In this document: one piece after another, positions 19,177 to 28,810 of the stretch
Position numbering within the stretch: the first letter of the stretch is position 1
Layout: every line of letters starts with the position of its first letter
Assembly (NCBI GenBank): GCA_040387635.1
Contig: JAZKDJ010000001.1
Coordinates: forward strand, 311,453 to 375,452
Length of the DNA: 64,000 nucleotides
Direction: 5' to 3'
Source: Patescibacteria group bacterium
GTDB taxonomy: Bacteria > Patescibacteriota > Minisyncoccia > Phycocordibacterales > PALSA-1337
Program-made: the position numbers and the translations under genes
The notes under the pieces: model-generated
Database searches by the model: none
Seen by the model: the letters and a program-made list of their open reading frames with translations, nothing else
What the model was told of the DNA's origin: nothing

Positions 19177-19552
19177 TGTATTTCACAAGTAATGAACTGT
19201 ATCCAGCCACAAACAATGCACCAATCGTACCTACGATAATATCCTTGATGCTATCGAAGAAATACTTCGAAGTACCTACGTGCGCACCAGCAATATCATA
19301 ATGAGCTTCGAAGACTTCCCAGCAAAGAGTACCTATAAATGTGTACACGACAACCTTCCGGAATGATGCCGGCTTTTCAAAAAAGAAAAACCAAATATAT
19401 TGCACCGCCAAGGCAATGCTCACTCCTCCAAGAAAATGCATCGGTATATCAAACCACCAGTGGCGGAGATACCAGTGATGCGACATTGCCGCGAGGTGTA
19501 AGAGAAAAAGTGCTAATGCAGTCGACAACGTCAGTATTTCTTTCTTATTCAT
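19160..19552 (-). CDS. small integral membrane protein
   Basis: 130 aa with 4 hydrophobic segments. Confidence 0.5.
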   Translation of the reverse strand: MNKKEILTLSTALALFLLHLAAMSHHWYLRHWWFDIPMHFLGGVSIALAVQYIWFFFFEKPASFRKVVVYTFIGTLCWEVFEAHYDIAGAHVGTSKYFFDSIKDIIVGTIGALFVAGYSSLLVKYNEKKQ

Positions 19553-19774
19553 AACGCCTATTATACGACAAACAAAAACACCTGCCCAGCCGGAGCCGTG
19601 CAGATGTGTTTGATTGGTTGCGAAGTATTAGACCTGTAATATTAACAGGTGGGTGATCTTATATCGAACACCAAGGCGCCGATCAATTGAACTCCCGAAG
19701 AGCTCTCAATCTCCCGTTGAAAAGTTTAAGGGTTAATACTTCACAACCTACAGTCATTGTACCTTCCCTGATCT

Positions 19775-20377
19775 CTACTCCGCAAGGCCATCCAAATTTA
19801 CATCATACAAAATCTTTTCTTGCACTAGTGAAAACTTCATAAGTTCTTCAGGTTTAAACCAGTGCATAATTTCATCCTGTGCCTCCTTCACTGATCCTGA
19901 TGCGTGAACAAGGTTCCTCACTGCCCTTTTGTGATCATTAGACATCTGATACGAATCAAGAACAAAGTCTCCTCGAATAGTTCCAACGTCTGATGACAGT
20001 GGCTCTGTGCCTCCTGTAAGCTTGCGTACGATCGATACTGCATGTGCTCCCTCCCAAACCATGGCTATGACTGGGCCTGCTGCCATATAGTCTACAAGAC
20101 GCCCGAGAATACCCCGACCAATCTCTTCAGGAACTTCAGAATGAAGCTTGCCTCCCTTCTCTTTGGTGTTGTTGATCAATTTCTCACCGACAAGTCGAAG
20201 CCACTCTGGATCAATCGTGTAATGTTTCTCGATGAGCTCTCGTGTAGGTCGAAGCATTTTCATACCAACAAGCTTAAGCCCAATTCTTTCGTAGCGACCA
20301 ATAATTTCTCCAATGAGTCCACGCTGCACTCCATCCGGCTTAATAATTGTAAGCGTCTGTTCTTTTTTGTGCTCCAT
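19775..20377 (-). CDS. ndk: nucleoside diphosphate kinase with a ~40-aa internal insertion
   Basis: LTIIKPDG, NLVHASGS (active-site His) and EIMHWF. The insertion lies between the EKHY and LVDYMAAGP segments. Confidence 0.8.
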   Translation of the reverse strand: MEHKKEQTLTIIKPDGVQRGLIGEIIGRYERIGLKLVGMKMLRPTRELIEKHYTIDPEWLRLVGEKLINNTKEKGGKLHSEVPEEIGRGILGRLVDYMAAGPVIAMVWEGAHAVSIVRKLTGGTEPLSSDVGTIRGDFVLDSYQMSNDHKRAVRNLVHASGSVKEAQDEIMHWFKPEELMKFSLVQEKILYDVNLDGLAE

Positions 20378-20401
20378 GCGGAATATAAATTAGCTGACTG
20401 T

Positions 20402-20695
20402 TTAAATCGTCTTCTTGATGTCTGCAATCTTCTGAGCGTCATCAAGGCTCTTCTCCTCCTTGTTTACGAATTTCAAAGTTTTAATGCTTTCTCTGATCTG
20501 TTCCGCAATATCATTATTGAGATCAGTCTTAACTTTCATGCAGATCATTGCGAGTCTCACGAGGACAGCTCCCCTCTCTTCCGATGTGAGAGGCACATCC
20601 TTGAATTGATCTAACGCTTTTTTGACATTATCTTTGGATCCTGATTTGAACGCATCTTCCAAAGCTGTGAATGCCGATATCGTAGTAGTGGTCAT
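20402..20695 (-). CDS. small hypothetical protein (97 aa, helical)
   Basis: Co-oriented with and immediately downstream of the coiled-coil gene. Confidence 0.45.
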   Translation of the reverse strand: MTTTTISAFTALEDAFKSGSKDNVKKALDQFKDVPLTSEERGAVLVRLAMICMKVKTDLNNDIAEQIRESIKTLKFVNKEEKSLDDAQKIADIKKTI

Positions 20696-20716
20696 AAGTT
20701 ATGAATTAGGATGTGG

Positions 20717-21991
20717 TTAGGCTGATAAAAGTTTTGAGAGCATAATCTCCAAGATGTTTGCTTTTGCATCAAAATCTGGACCCATACTCACAACATTTCC
20801 ATTAAAATCATCCCCCCGAAGAACACGGATCGCCCTCTCCATGTCCTGTACCAACCATTCACGCGCTTCATCTCCTTCCTTGGTTCCAATCTTCTCAAGG
20901 CTCATAAATTCAACGAAAGCTTTATGCATATTTTCCCACTCTTTGCCTCCAATCTTAACTTTATCAATTGCAATATTAAATCTATTGCGAGCAACCTTTT
21001 CTGCCCACTCATCTATTCGCGTAGCAAGATCTACATCGTCAATATTGGAAAGATCGATACCAAGCTCATTCTCCTCTTTTTTGTCAGTAATGTATTTTTT
21101 AGTGAATTCCAATCCTTCATTAGCCTGCTTAAGGGAATTCTTATGCTCTTTGATAGCGTTTATATCCGCGAGCTTTTCTGCATGTTCCAACAGTTTCTCT
21201 TCTATCTTCTTGGTGATCTTATCCTGCAAAGAATCAAGAGCAAAAATTCCAGTCTTCATTTCCTTAAGCTTTTCTTTCGCTTGTGCGATCTTCTCTTCTA
21301 CTCCAGCTGTTCGAAGATCAAGCTGTCGCTTAAGCTCATCATTTTCCTCACCTAACTTGTTGAGTGCTTGTACAAAATCTTCGTCACTTGTACCCCCTGC
21401 CTCACCTACTACCTTCTTCCTAAGTTCAAGGAATGATTTATTCATTCCATTCTTATCATTAAAAATAGCATTAATGCGTATAGTTGCCATACTGAGGAAT
21501 CCCCGGTTTTCCATTACCTTTAGGATATCCTCCTTCTTCTTTTCTCTGGACGCTACATTGGCTTCATATCCGCTTGTCTTGGATAGTGATTCCAGTTCGC
21601 TATGTGCAGCTGTAAGTTCTGTCTCACTCTCTCTCATAGCTTTCACCTGGCCAAGGATTTCAGGTATGCTCTCTGGATTATCGATCGCTTCCTGCTCCAG
21701 AAACGCCTCAACGTCAGCAAGGTCCTTCTCCTCCATCACAATACCGAACTCTTTTTGAAGTTCTGTCTTATAAGCACTCTTAAGTTCTTTAGAAGTTTCT
21801 TTAATACTTCTAAACGCATCGAAGCGTGCTTTCAATTCTTCTGCACCAATACCTGCAGATTTATCAGGATATTTAACTGCCCAAAGCGAGAAGCCTGGGG
21901 TGCTATATGCAATCTGTCCAATATGCTTAAGAATTACTTCTTCAGTAAGTGGCGGAGGGGTTTCCGCGATTATCGGAGGTTTAGGAGTCAT
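20717..21991 (-). CDS. coiled-coil protein (424 aa, Glu/Lys-rich)
   Basis: Long heptad-like E/K/L-rich segments. No enzymatic motif. Confidence 0.6.
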   Translation of the reverse strand: MTPKPPIIAETPPPLTEEVILKHIGQIAYSTPGFSLWAVKYPDKSAGIGAEELKARFDAFRSIKETSKELKSAYKTELQKEFGIVMEEKDLADVEAFLEQEAIDNPESIPEILGQVKAMRESETELTAAHSELESLSKTSGYEANVASREKKKEDILKVMENRGFLSMATIRINAIFNDKNGMNKSFLELRKKVVGEAGGTSDEDFVQALNKLGEENDELKRQLDLRTAGVEEKIAQAKEKLKEMKTGIFALDSLQDKITKKIEEKLLEHAEKLADINAIKEHKNSLKQANEGLEFTKKYITDKKEENELGIDLSNIDDVDLATRIDEWAEKVARNRFNIAIDKVKIGGKEWENMHKAFVEFMSLEKIGTKEGDEAREWLVQDMERAIRVLRGDDFNGNVVSMGPDFDAKANILEIMLSKLLSA

Positions 21992-22058
21992 AGAAATGGG
22001 CTAAATTCGATTCAATTATCTGTTAATTATTACAAGATAATTGTACCCCATTTGATTT

Positions 22059-24836
22059 CTATTTGCGATATTTAGCGAGGATCTCGGCATCGATGGTTTC
22101 CCTGTCGCCTCCGTATTTGAGATATGAAATCTCCTTGAGCTTGTCGACAGCATCCTTATTTCCCTTCGGAGGAGCCATTGTTTCTATATTAAATGGCTTA
22201 ACTGGGCGGCCCTGTACCAACATCTTGATGTAGGCATTTCTGTTATCAATATTCATGATGTCCTTAGCAGTGAAAACCGGCTCAAACTGTTTCTCTAAGA
22301 ATTCTGCATCTTCGGAACCTACACGGAAAGCAGCGATAGATCCCACGTTACCGAATACTGCATCTTTGATATCGTCTTCAAGCTGAGCGATGAATTGGTG
22401 AGCGATGTTAAGGGACAACCGATACTTACGAGCTTCAGACAGAATAGTAGCGATCGAATCAGTAGTGATGTTCTGGAACTCATCGATGTACAAATAGAAT
22501 GGAGGAAAATCCTTACCCAACGAATCAACTCTTGAGAGCGCTGCCATAAGAATCTTGCCCACAAGAATAAGACCGATAAGGTTAGCATTTATATCACCTA
22601 GTCTTCCCTTCGAGAGGTTAACGAGAAGAATTTTCTTGTTGTCCATAACATCCCTGAAATTGAATGCGGATTTCTCTTGAGCGATGATAGGTCGCATAAT
22701 ATCGTTCGAAAGAAAGACATCAAATTTGCTCGTGATATACGGAACAATGTTAGCTAGCGAAGCTTCTCCTCCTGCCTTTTCAGCAACTTCTTTCCAGAAT
22801 TGAATAACAATCGGATTCTTACACTTAGCAATCTTCATTTCCCTGAATGGCTTGTTCGCAAGCACTCTTGAGACATCGAGGAGCGTATTACCTGACTCTG
22901 GGTCTTCCATAACAAGCAACACTGAGTTTCTGAAATACTGCTCGAACATAGGGCCTCCTGCGGTTTTCATATCAAACAGCTTGTTGAAAATAGAAAGCAT
23001 TTCGTTCACCACGAATGTCTTCTGCTCAGGATATCGAACATCGTACTCAAGCATGTTGAGTCCCATTGGACGCGCAGTATGTGAAGGATCAAAATAAATA
23101 ACATCATTGATTCGCTCTCGCGGAATGGATGCAAGAATGTCTTGAATATCAGAACCATGCGGATCAATCATACAGACACCTTCCCCATTCTGAATGTCTT
23201 GAATGATCATGTTCTTGAGGAGGGTCGTCTTACCTGTTCCGGTTTGACCAATAGTATAGAAATGCCTCAAGCGATCTTCTGGTAACATAAATACCTTTTG
23301 TTCAATCCCTCTGTTCCTATTTACACCAATAAGTACGCCCTGCTGAGGGAGATCGAGAGGTGCGGGCGCTGTGCCAGCCTTTGCAGTCTTAAGCTGTGCC
23401 GATCCCTTCATCACTGATGCAGGCAAATGCATAATGCTTGTTAACTCCCGAAGACTGAGCGGCACTACTGAGTCCTTATCAAAAAGCCTGAATGAGAATT
23501 GCTCGAGAAAATTCTGAAGCGCTCCCTTGCTTACACGCTTCCATTTGAGAGCGTTTCCTTGAGTGTTTTCGAACTGATTGAATGACGCCTCGATATGAGA
23601 AAGTATCTCCTCAGCTGAAGCTTGGTTTTGTGCTGACGCCACAATCCTGATGTTGGTCTCAACAATCGGAGTAGAGATTCTGCCCTTAATGAGATCAGCC
23701 GAGAGTTGATCAACATGCTTACCTCCCACCTTCTCTCGTTCTTCTTTTTCTTTTTTCTCCCGCTTCTCCTTGTCTGCCTTAGTCTCTATAGACTTATCGA
23801 TAAACTTGAACATGCCATCAAGAAACTTTGCGACACCCTCAGGGGCATTGACCACCTCTTTTGTCTCTTCACCCTTAAGAACCTTATCAAGCATCTCGCT
23901 ATACTTTTTGACATACCTATCTCCACACGGGCTAAATACGATTTGTATGGATGCTCCTTCCCCATCATGGTCGATCTTCGAAAAGCTGTTGAGGAGTATA
24001 TTGAGAGGATCGTATTCAAAAGCTTCATACGTTGTAAGCGGCCACACTGAATTTTTGGAGTGTGCTGCATAAGAAGCAACAGTAGCGCCTCCTTCACTGA
24101 AAATATTATAGTCATCCTTTTTCTCAACCACTTTTGCATCATGGAAAATCGACAGTACTTGCTTCTCGAAAAGCCCCTTCTTGCTATCATGCACTGCTAC
24201 ATAGAAAACAAACTCGCTACTGTGATTTGATACAGCAAGCTCCACCGTGAAGTAATTCGTATTAGCTGAGTTATCATCCTTAACCGAAAGCATACCTGAG
24301 TAAAACTGCTCCATAGAGATCAACATCTCCTTGAGAGTCTTCTTCTGTTCTTCTTCGCCCTTCTCAGGAAGTGTTATCTCGAAGAGTGTCATATGAAGCG
24401 CTCTTCCCATCTCAGAGTTCTCCTTTACTCCCTCAGCAGGAAAACCAGCCTTTAGATACTGGATAAGAAGTCTCTCGAAGTCATCAGCGATATGTGGATC
24501 ATTCATCCCCCTTACAGAATCAAGAGCAGCTTTAAAACCCTTTGACTGAAGAATTCCTATGAGCTCTGCCATAGTCTCATCATGCGCTTCAGGAGAAAGC
24601 TCAAGCGTAATGGATTCCGAATGTTCTTTGGACACCTCATACGATGGATCAATTACCTTCTCACGAGGAGTCTCGGAATATGTCTTCAATACCTCTCGTG
24701 TAGTTTGCTCGCGTGCGGCTTCCACATCCTTACCCGCTAGCTCGCGCTCTTTCTGTGCTATTTGTTCACGCAAAAAAGCTATCTCTTCTTCAGGTGTTCG
24801 AAGCTTCTCCCCTACCGGTATATTGAATACTTCCAT
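22059..24836 (-). CDS. large soluble P-loop NTPase of the VirD4/TraG/VirB4 (T4SS AAA_10-like) / FtsK-HerA superfamily, with a ~500-aa N-terminal charged/coiled-coil domain
   Basis: Walker A GQTGTGKTT followed by CMIDPHGS, Walker B FYLYIDEFQNI, then ARKYRLSLNIAHQ. No TM helices. Confidence 0.75.
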   Translation of the reverse strand: MEVFNIPVGEKLRTPEEEIAFLREQIAQKERELAGKDVEAAREQTTREVLKTYSETPREKVIDPSYEVSKEHSESITLELSPEAHDETMAELIGILQSKGFKAALDSVRGMNDPHIADDFERLLIQYLKAGFPAEGVKENSEMGRALHMTLFEITLPEKGEEEQKKTLKEMLISMEQFYSGMLSVKDDNSANTNYFTVELAVSNHSSEFVFYVAVHDSKKGLFEKQVLSIFHDAKVVEKKDDYNIFSEGGATVASYAAHSKNSVWPLTTYEAFEYDPLNILLNSFSKIDHDGEGASIQIVFSPCGDRYVKKYSEMLDKVLKGEETKEVVNAPEGVAKFLDGMFKFIDKSIETKADKEKREKKEKEEREKVGGKHVDQLSADLIKGRISTPIVETNIRIVASAQNQASAEEILSHIEASFNQFENTQGNALKWKRVSKGALQNFLEQFSFRLFDKDSVVPLSLRELTSIMHLPASVMKGSAQLKTAKAGTAPAPLDLPQQGVLIGVNRNRGIEQKVFMLPEDRLRHFYTIGQTGTGKTTLLKNMIIQDIQNGEGVCMIDPHGSDIQDILASIPRERINDVIYFDPSHTARPMGLNMLEYDVRYPEQKTFVVNEMLSIFNKLFDMKTAGGPMFEQYFRNSVLLVMEDPESGNTLLDVSRVLANKPFREMKIAKCKNPIVIQFWKEVAEKAGGEASLANIVPYITSKFDVFLSNDIMRPIIAQEKSAFNFRDVMDNKKILLVNLSKGRLGDINANLIGLILVGKILMAALSRVDSLGKDFPPFYLYIDEFQNITTDSIATILSEARKYRLSLNIAHQFIAQLEDDIKDAVFGNVGSIAAFRVGSEDAEFLEKQFEPVFTAKDIMNIDNRNAYIKMLVQGRPVKPFNIETMAPPKGNKDAVDKLKEISYLKYGGDRETIDAEILAKYRK

Positions 24837-24869
24837 GTTGGAAATATTATATCATGCTAAAATGCGGTT

Positions 24870-25319
24870 ATGGAAAACCCCAACTTCAGAGAAGATTCAG
24901 AGCAACCCGAACAACAAATTCACCTAGAGAAAACTGCAATTCTCGAAAATGCGGTCACGGAAGTACTCTCACCGGTTATCGAATATTACGAGAACCAGAT
25001 ACAGAACATGCAGACGTATGATCCTAATGTCCTCGTAGACCTACATTTTGAAGGCGCAACAGAAACACTGGAAATGGAAGTAGCTATCAGATCTTACCAG
25101 CTTGGATGTAAAAGTCTTACTACAGAAGACTTCTTGGACTATATAGGTGTCTTTTTTAAAGACCAAGAAAGTGCAGACAGGTTTGTGATCAACGAAGATT
25201 CAATCAAAGAAGCTACACAAAGCTATGTTAGCTTTATAAAATTACAAAAGTTACTGCCAATATCCTGGGAACTAAGAGGTAGCCCCGAAGATCCGAACGT
25301 GCAGACTATTACTGAGTAA
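24870..25319 (+). CDS. hypothetical protein
   Basis: 149-aa acidic ORF divergent from the ATPase gene. Confidence 0.4.
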   Translation: MENPNFREDSEQPEQQIHLEKTAILENAVTEVLSPVIEYYENQIQNMQTYDPNVLVDLHFEGATETLEMEVAIRSYQLGCKSLTTEDFLDYIGVFFKDQESADRFVINEDSIKEATQSYVSFIKLQKLLPISWELRGSPEDPNVQTITE

Positions 25320-26100
25320 GTATTTCCGCTCCGCTTTTGGTTATGAGAACCGTGTGCTCAACATGAACGCTCACACTGCCGTCTGTCGTCACATACACAT
25401 GACCATCACCAATAGGCTTCACCTTTTTTGAGCCGAGATTAATGATAGGTTCGATTGCAAGTACCATGCCCGCCTTGAGTTTTGGGCCAGTGTTCGCCTC
25501 ACCGTAGTTGGGTATAAAAGGCTCCTCATGCACCGAATATCCCACGCCGTGCCCACATAGCTCTTCCACGAGTCCATATGAATGTGGAAGAATCGTTCTC
25601 TCGATGGCGACGCCTATATCTCCAACACTCTTCCCTCCTCGTGCTGCTTTGATACCATTTGCTAGAGCCTCCTCTGCGACTCGCATCATCTTGATCTTAT
25701 CTTCCGAAACGTTTCCTACTGGAACTGTTATGGCTGCATCAGTAAACAAACCTTTATGAATGAGACCTAAATCAAGAGTGACAAGGTCGCCATCCTTGAA
25801 AACTTTTGAAGGATTAGGCATACCATGCACCACTTCATTATTTATAGAAACACAAAGCGCTGCTGGAAAAGGCGTTTTGAGACCTCTCGGTTTATAGTTC
25901 AAGAAAGAAGACGTATCACCACCCTCGCGAATTAACTCACGAGCACGATCTTCCAAAACCTGAGAAGAAACCCCAGGTTTTACCATATTTTTGAGCTCGT
26001 TTAGGATGAAAGCATGCCGTTTGCCGCCTTCCCTAAGGATCGCGATCTCTTCTTTTGTCTTGATGGTAATCATTAGGTCTACATTACCATATCTCCACAA
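25309..26100 (-). CDS. map: methionine aminopeptidase, type I
   Basis: HGMPNPSKVFKDGDLVTLDLG and the metal-ligand pattern. Confidence 0.9.
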   Translation of the reverse strand: MWRYGNVDLMITIKTKEEIAILREGGKRHAFILNELKNMVKPGVSSQVLEDRARELIREGGDTSSFLNYKPRGLKTPFPAALCVSINNEVVHGMPNPSKVFKDGDLVTLDLGLIHKGLFTDAAITVPVGNVSEDKIKMMRVAEEALANGIKAARGGKSVGDIGVAIERTILPHSYGLVEELCGHGVGYSVHEEPFIPNYGEANTGPKLKAGMVLAIEPIINLGSKKVKPIGDGHVYVTTDGSVSVHVEHTVLITKSGAEILTQ

Positions 26101-26109
26101 ACAATGCCT

Positions 26110-26715
26110 CTACTTCGCCAATCCTACCGCTTTAAGGATTTCCTTATGAACTTCTCCAACAGGTCTCTCTCCATCTATAGTTATAAATCGGTAGTGAGGG
26201 TTTTTCTTGTAGTATTCGATAGTAGGAATGACATCCGTTATATACCAACCTAGTCTCTCTTCAATATCCTCCTTGGTGTCATCCATTCTGCCCCGCGCCA
26301 TGAGTCGTCGAACAGCCTCGCTCTTTGTTATGTCGAGATGGATTACATACGGCTTATCGAGATTATAGAAATCAACTACAGAATTGAGTACTCCAGCCTC
26401 ATGATACTTACGCGGCGTTCCATCAACAATAATATGGTCTTCGCCATTGTAGTGATCCACAAATACATTCGTCCACATATGCACAGCAATGAATTCCGGC
26501 ATAAGCTTCCCCTTTTCAAGCATATCCTTGGTTTTCCTGCGGGTGAATGTCGTATCATCCTTGATAAACTTCCTAAATTCGTCACCACTTTGAACGTACA
26601 GCACCTTCTTGCCTGTTTGTTTCTCCAACTCTTCCATAAGCAATTTTCCCTGAGTTCCTTTTCCCGATCCCGACTTCCCTATGAAAATGATCGTCTTGTG
26701 AGTTTTGTCTGACAT
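26110..26715 (-). CDS. adk: adenylate kinase
   Basis: P-loop GKSGSGKGTQ, VDGTPR (compare DGFPR) and LID-region Arg residues. Confidence 0.85.
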   Translation of the reverse strand: MSDKTHKTIIFIGKSGSGKGTQGKLLMEELEKQTGKKVLYVQSGDEFRKFIKDDTTFTRRKTKDMLEKGKLMPEFIAVHMWTNVFVDHYNGEDHIIVDGTPRKYHEAGVLNSVVDFYNLDKPYVIHLDITKSEAVRRLMARGRMDDTKEDIEERLGWYITDVIPTIEYYKKNPHYRFITIDGERPVGEVHKEILKAVGLAK

Positions 26716-26780
26716 GCGAAAAGTATATCACTTAAATTACCGCCCTCAAAAAGCTCTCCTTCAGCGCAGAGTTTGTGCAT

Positions 26781-26810
26781 AACTTTTTTGACACAATTGT
26801 CAAAAAAGTT
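26781..26810. promoter_or_regulatory. perfect 13-bp inverted repeat AACTTTTTTGACA-caat-TGTCAAAAAAGTT in the secY-adk intergenic region (candidate operator or attenuator hairpin)
   Basis: Read directly; the two arms are exact reverse complements. Confidence 0.5.
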
Positions 26811-26985
26811 ATTTAATTAGTGTAGTCAGAACCTTCCACAAATCACGTAACGCACGATTTGTGTTCCTACATGTTGTCGCCTCCAAATTCCAAGAGCCCG
26901 CCGGAAGTATCATCTACAACCCGGGCTCTTTATCACCTCCCTTTTTTATATAATTCAGCTCTAGTTGATAATGAGAGTAATAAAT

Positions 26986-27082
26986 AACAAAAGCTCTACG
27001 GAAGAGACTCCGCAGAGCTTGGCTCGAGGACTGAGTTGATTTTCAGTAGAAAATCAACGGTCTCTGAAGTAGAGCTTTTGTT
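26986..27082 (-). terminator. ~100-nt nested hairpin element directly after the secY stop (outer 13-bp stem AACAAAAGCTCTAC/GTAGAGCTTTTGTT, inner 10-bp stem GTTGATTTTC/GAAAATCAAC) followed by a U-rich tract; terminator or attenuator
   Basis: Inverted repeats read from the sequence. Confidence 0.45.
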
Positions 27083-27084
27083 AA

Positions 27085-28356
27085 TTAATACTCCCTCATA
27101 GCTGCCTGAGCGTCGATTCGTTTTACCAAATCCAACACCACAGACACCACGATGAGAAGCGCTGTACCTCCGATTGCAAGAGCGGCATTACCCGTAACTG
27201 CCTGCAATATAAGTGGAAGGACTGCGATAAGAGCTAGGAAAATAGCTCCTACGAATGTGATTCTTGTCACAATCTTCGCTAGGTGAAGCGCCGTAGCGTC
27301 TCCTGGACGAACTCCTGGGACGAAGGCTCCTCCCTTCTGAAGGTTCTCTGCTATTCTCTGAGGATCAAATGTAATCGCCGTATAGAAGTACGTGAAAAGG
27401 AAGACGAGAACGAAATAGATCGCTGAGTAATACCAAGAGTTACCAAGGAATGAAGACACACCTCCTGCGATAGATGCAACTGTTGCATTCGCTGACTCCG
27501 CTAGGAATTGCGCTGCAACCTGAGGAAGCAACAGAATCGATAGGGCGAAGATGATTGGAATCACTCCAGCCTGATTGAGTCTGAATGGAAGATATGTTGA
27601 TGTACCACCTGATACTGAATTACCTCGAACCTGCTTTGCATAGGTTACTGGGATTGGTCGCTCAGCTTCGGTTACAAGCACAACGAGTGCAATAACGCCC
27701 ACTGCGATAGCCAGGAACAACGCATAGTAAGGTAGCTGTTGAGGATCAAACGATACAACAAACTGAGCAATCTGAGACGGCAGTGTCGCTACGATACCTG
27801 CAAAGATAATGAGCGATACTCCGTTACCGATACCGAATTCAGATATAAGCTCTCCTACCCACATGAGAAGGAGTGAACCTGCAGTTACCACAAGCACGTT
27901 GAGCACGAATGATGTCATCGTGAGGTGCTGGAGGATATTCTGAGATTCAAGAAGCTTAAGGAATGCAAATGACTGAAGGAATGCGAGAGGCACAGAGAGG
28001 TATCGTGACCACTGTGACAATCTCATACGTCCCGCGTCACCTTCTTCCTGCATTTGCGATTTCAATTTCGGGAAAACCATAGTCATGACCTGCATGATAA
28101 TGGATGCCGTAATGAAAGGTCCAACTCCCAACATCACAATAGATAGCCTTGAGATACCTCCTCCAGAGAAGATATCAAGGAGTCCCAAGAGCTGGTTGCC
28201 CGCGAGAAGCCTGTCGAGGCTAAGTACATCAACTCCAGGGATTGGAATCGATGACAATAGTCGGAATACGATAAGCGCTAAGACGGTGAATACGATCCTC
28301 TTCCTAATTACAGGATCCTTGAGCACAAGTCCTACTTTTTCGAAAAATGGTTTCAT
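27085..28356 (-). CDS. secY: preprotein translocase subunit SecY
   Basis: 10 TM helices in a typical SecY arrangement. Position after rplO. Confidence 0.9.
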   Translation of the reverse strand: MKPFFEKVGLVLKDPVIRKRIVFTVLALIVFRLLSSIPIPGVDVLSLDRLLAGNQLLGLLDIFSGGGISRLSIVMLGVGPFITASIIMQVMTMVFPKLKSQMQEEGDAGRMRLSQWSRYLSVPLAFLQSFAFLKLLESQNILQHLTMTSFVLNVLVVTAGSLLLMWVGELISEFGIGNGVSLIIFAGIVATLPSQIAQFVVSFDPQQLPYYALFLAIAVGVIALVVLVTEAERPIPVTYAKQVRGNSVSGGTSTYLPFRLNQAGVIPIIFALSILLLPQVAAQFLAESANATVASIAGGVSSFLGNSWYYSAIYFVLVFLFTYFYTAITFDPQRIAENLQKGGAFVPGVRPGDATALHLAKIVTRITFVGAIFLALIAVLPLILQAVTGNAALAIGGTALLIVVSVVLDLVKRIDAQAAMREY

Positions 28357-28796
28357 TATTTTACTGAACCGCCTGCCTTCTCAAGTTTTGCCTTTGCTGA
28401 TTGAGACACAGCGCAGCCCGACACGATAACCGACTTAGTAATTTCACCGTCTCCAAGGATCTTAACCTTAGGGAATTTGCCTCCGATGTTTATGATGAGC
28501 TTCTTCTCAGCAAGTGATGATGGACTTATTGTATCACCCTTGTTGAAGGCTGCCTCGATAGCACCAACGTTAATTGCTGCCACCGTATTCACGAATGACT
28601 TTAGTGAGTTAACACCTCGTCCTCGGAGCTTAGGAAGTCTCTTGATGAAATCTCGCATCTCTGGGCGCTTCTTTCGTCCCGCTCGAGCGTTCTGACCCTT
28701 AGTACCTCGGCCTGCTGTCTTACCTCGCTTACCTCCTCGGCCGACCGTCATGGTCTTCTTGTTCTTAGTGATTCTTTTTAAATTATGTAACTGCAT
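28356..28796 (-). CDS. rplO: 50S ribosomal protein L15
   Basis: Gly/Arg-rich N-terminus, GRGGKRGKTAGRG. Confidence 0.9.
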   Translation of the reverse strand: MQLHNLKRITKNKKTMTVGRGGKRGKTAGRGTKGQNARAGRKKRPEMRDFIKRLPKLRGRGVNSLKSFVNTVAAINVGAIEAAFNKGDTISPSSLAEKKLIINIGGKFPKVKILGDGEITKSVIVSGCAVSQSAKAKLEKAGGSVK

Positions 28797-28810
28797 GGTA
28801 TTCGTGTTAG

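Noticed and set aside
20754-21758. A long antisense ORF (334 aa, Ser-rich) opposite the coiled-coil gene. Similar antisense or overlapping ORFs occur at 50615-51481, 40246-40578, 42696-43010 and 5038-5280, and throughout the ribosomal genes.
   Set aside because: Low-complexity translations opposite well-supported genes. They are typical shadow ORFs.
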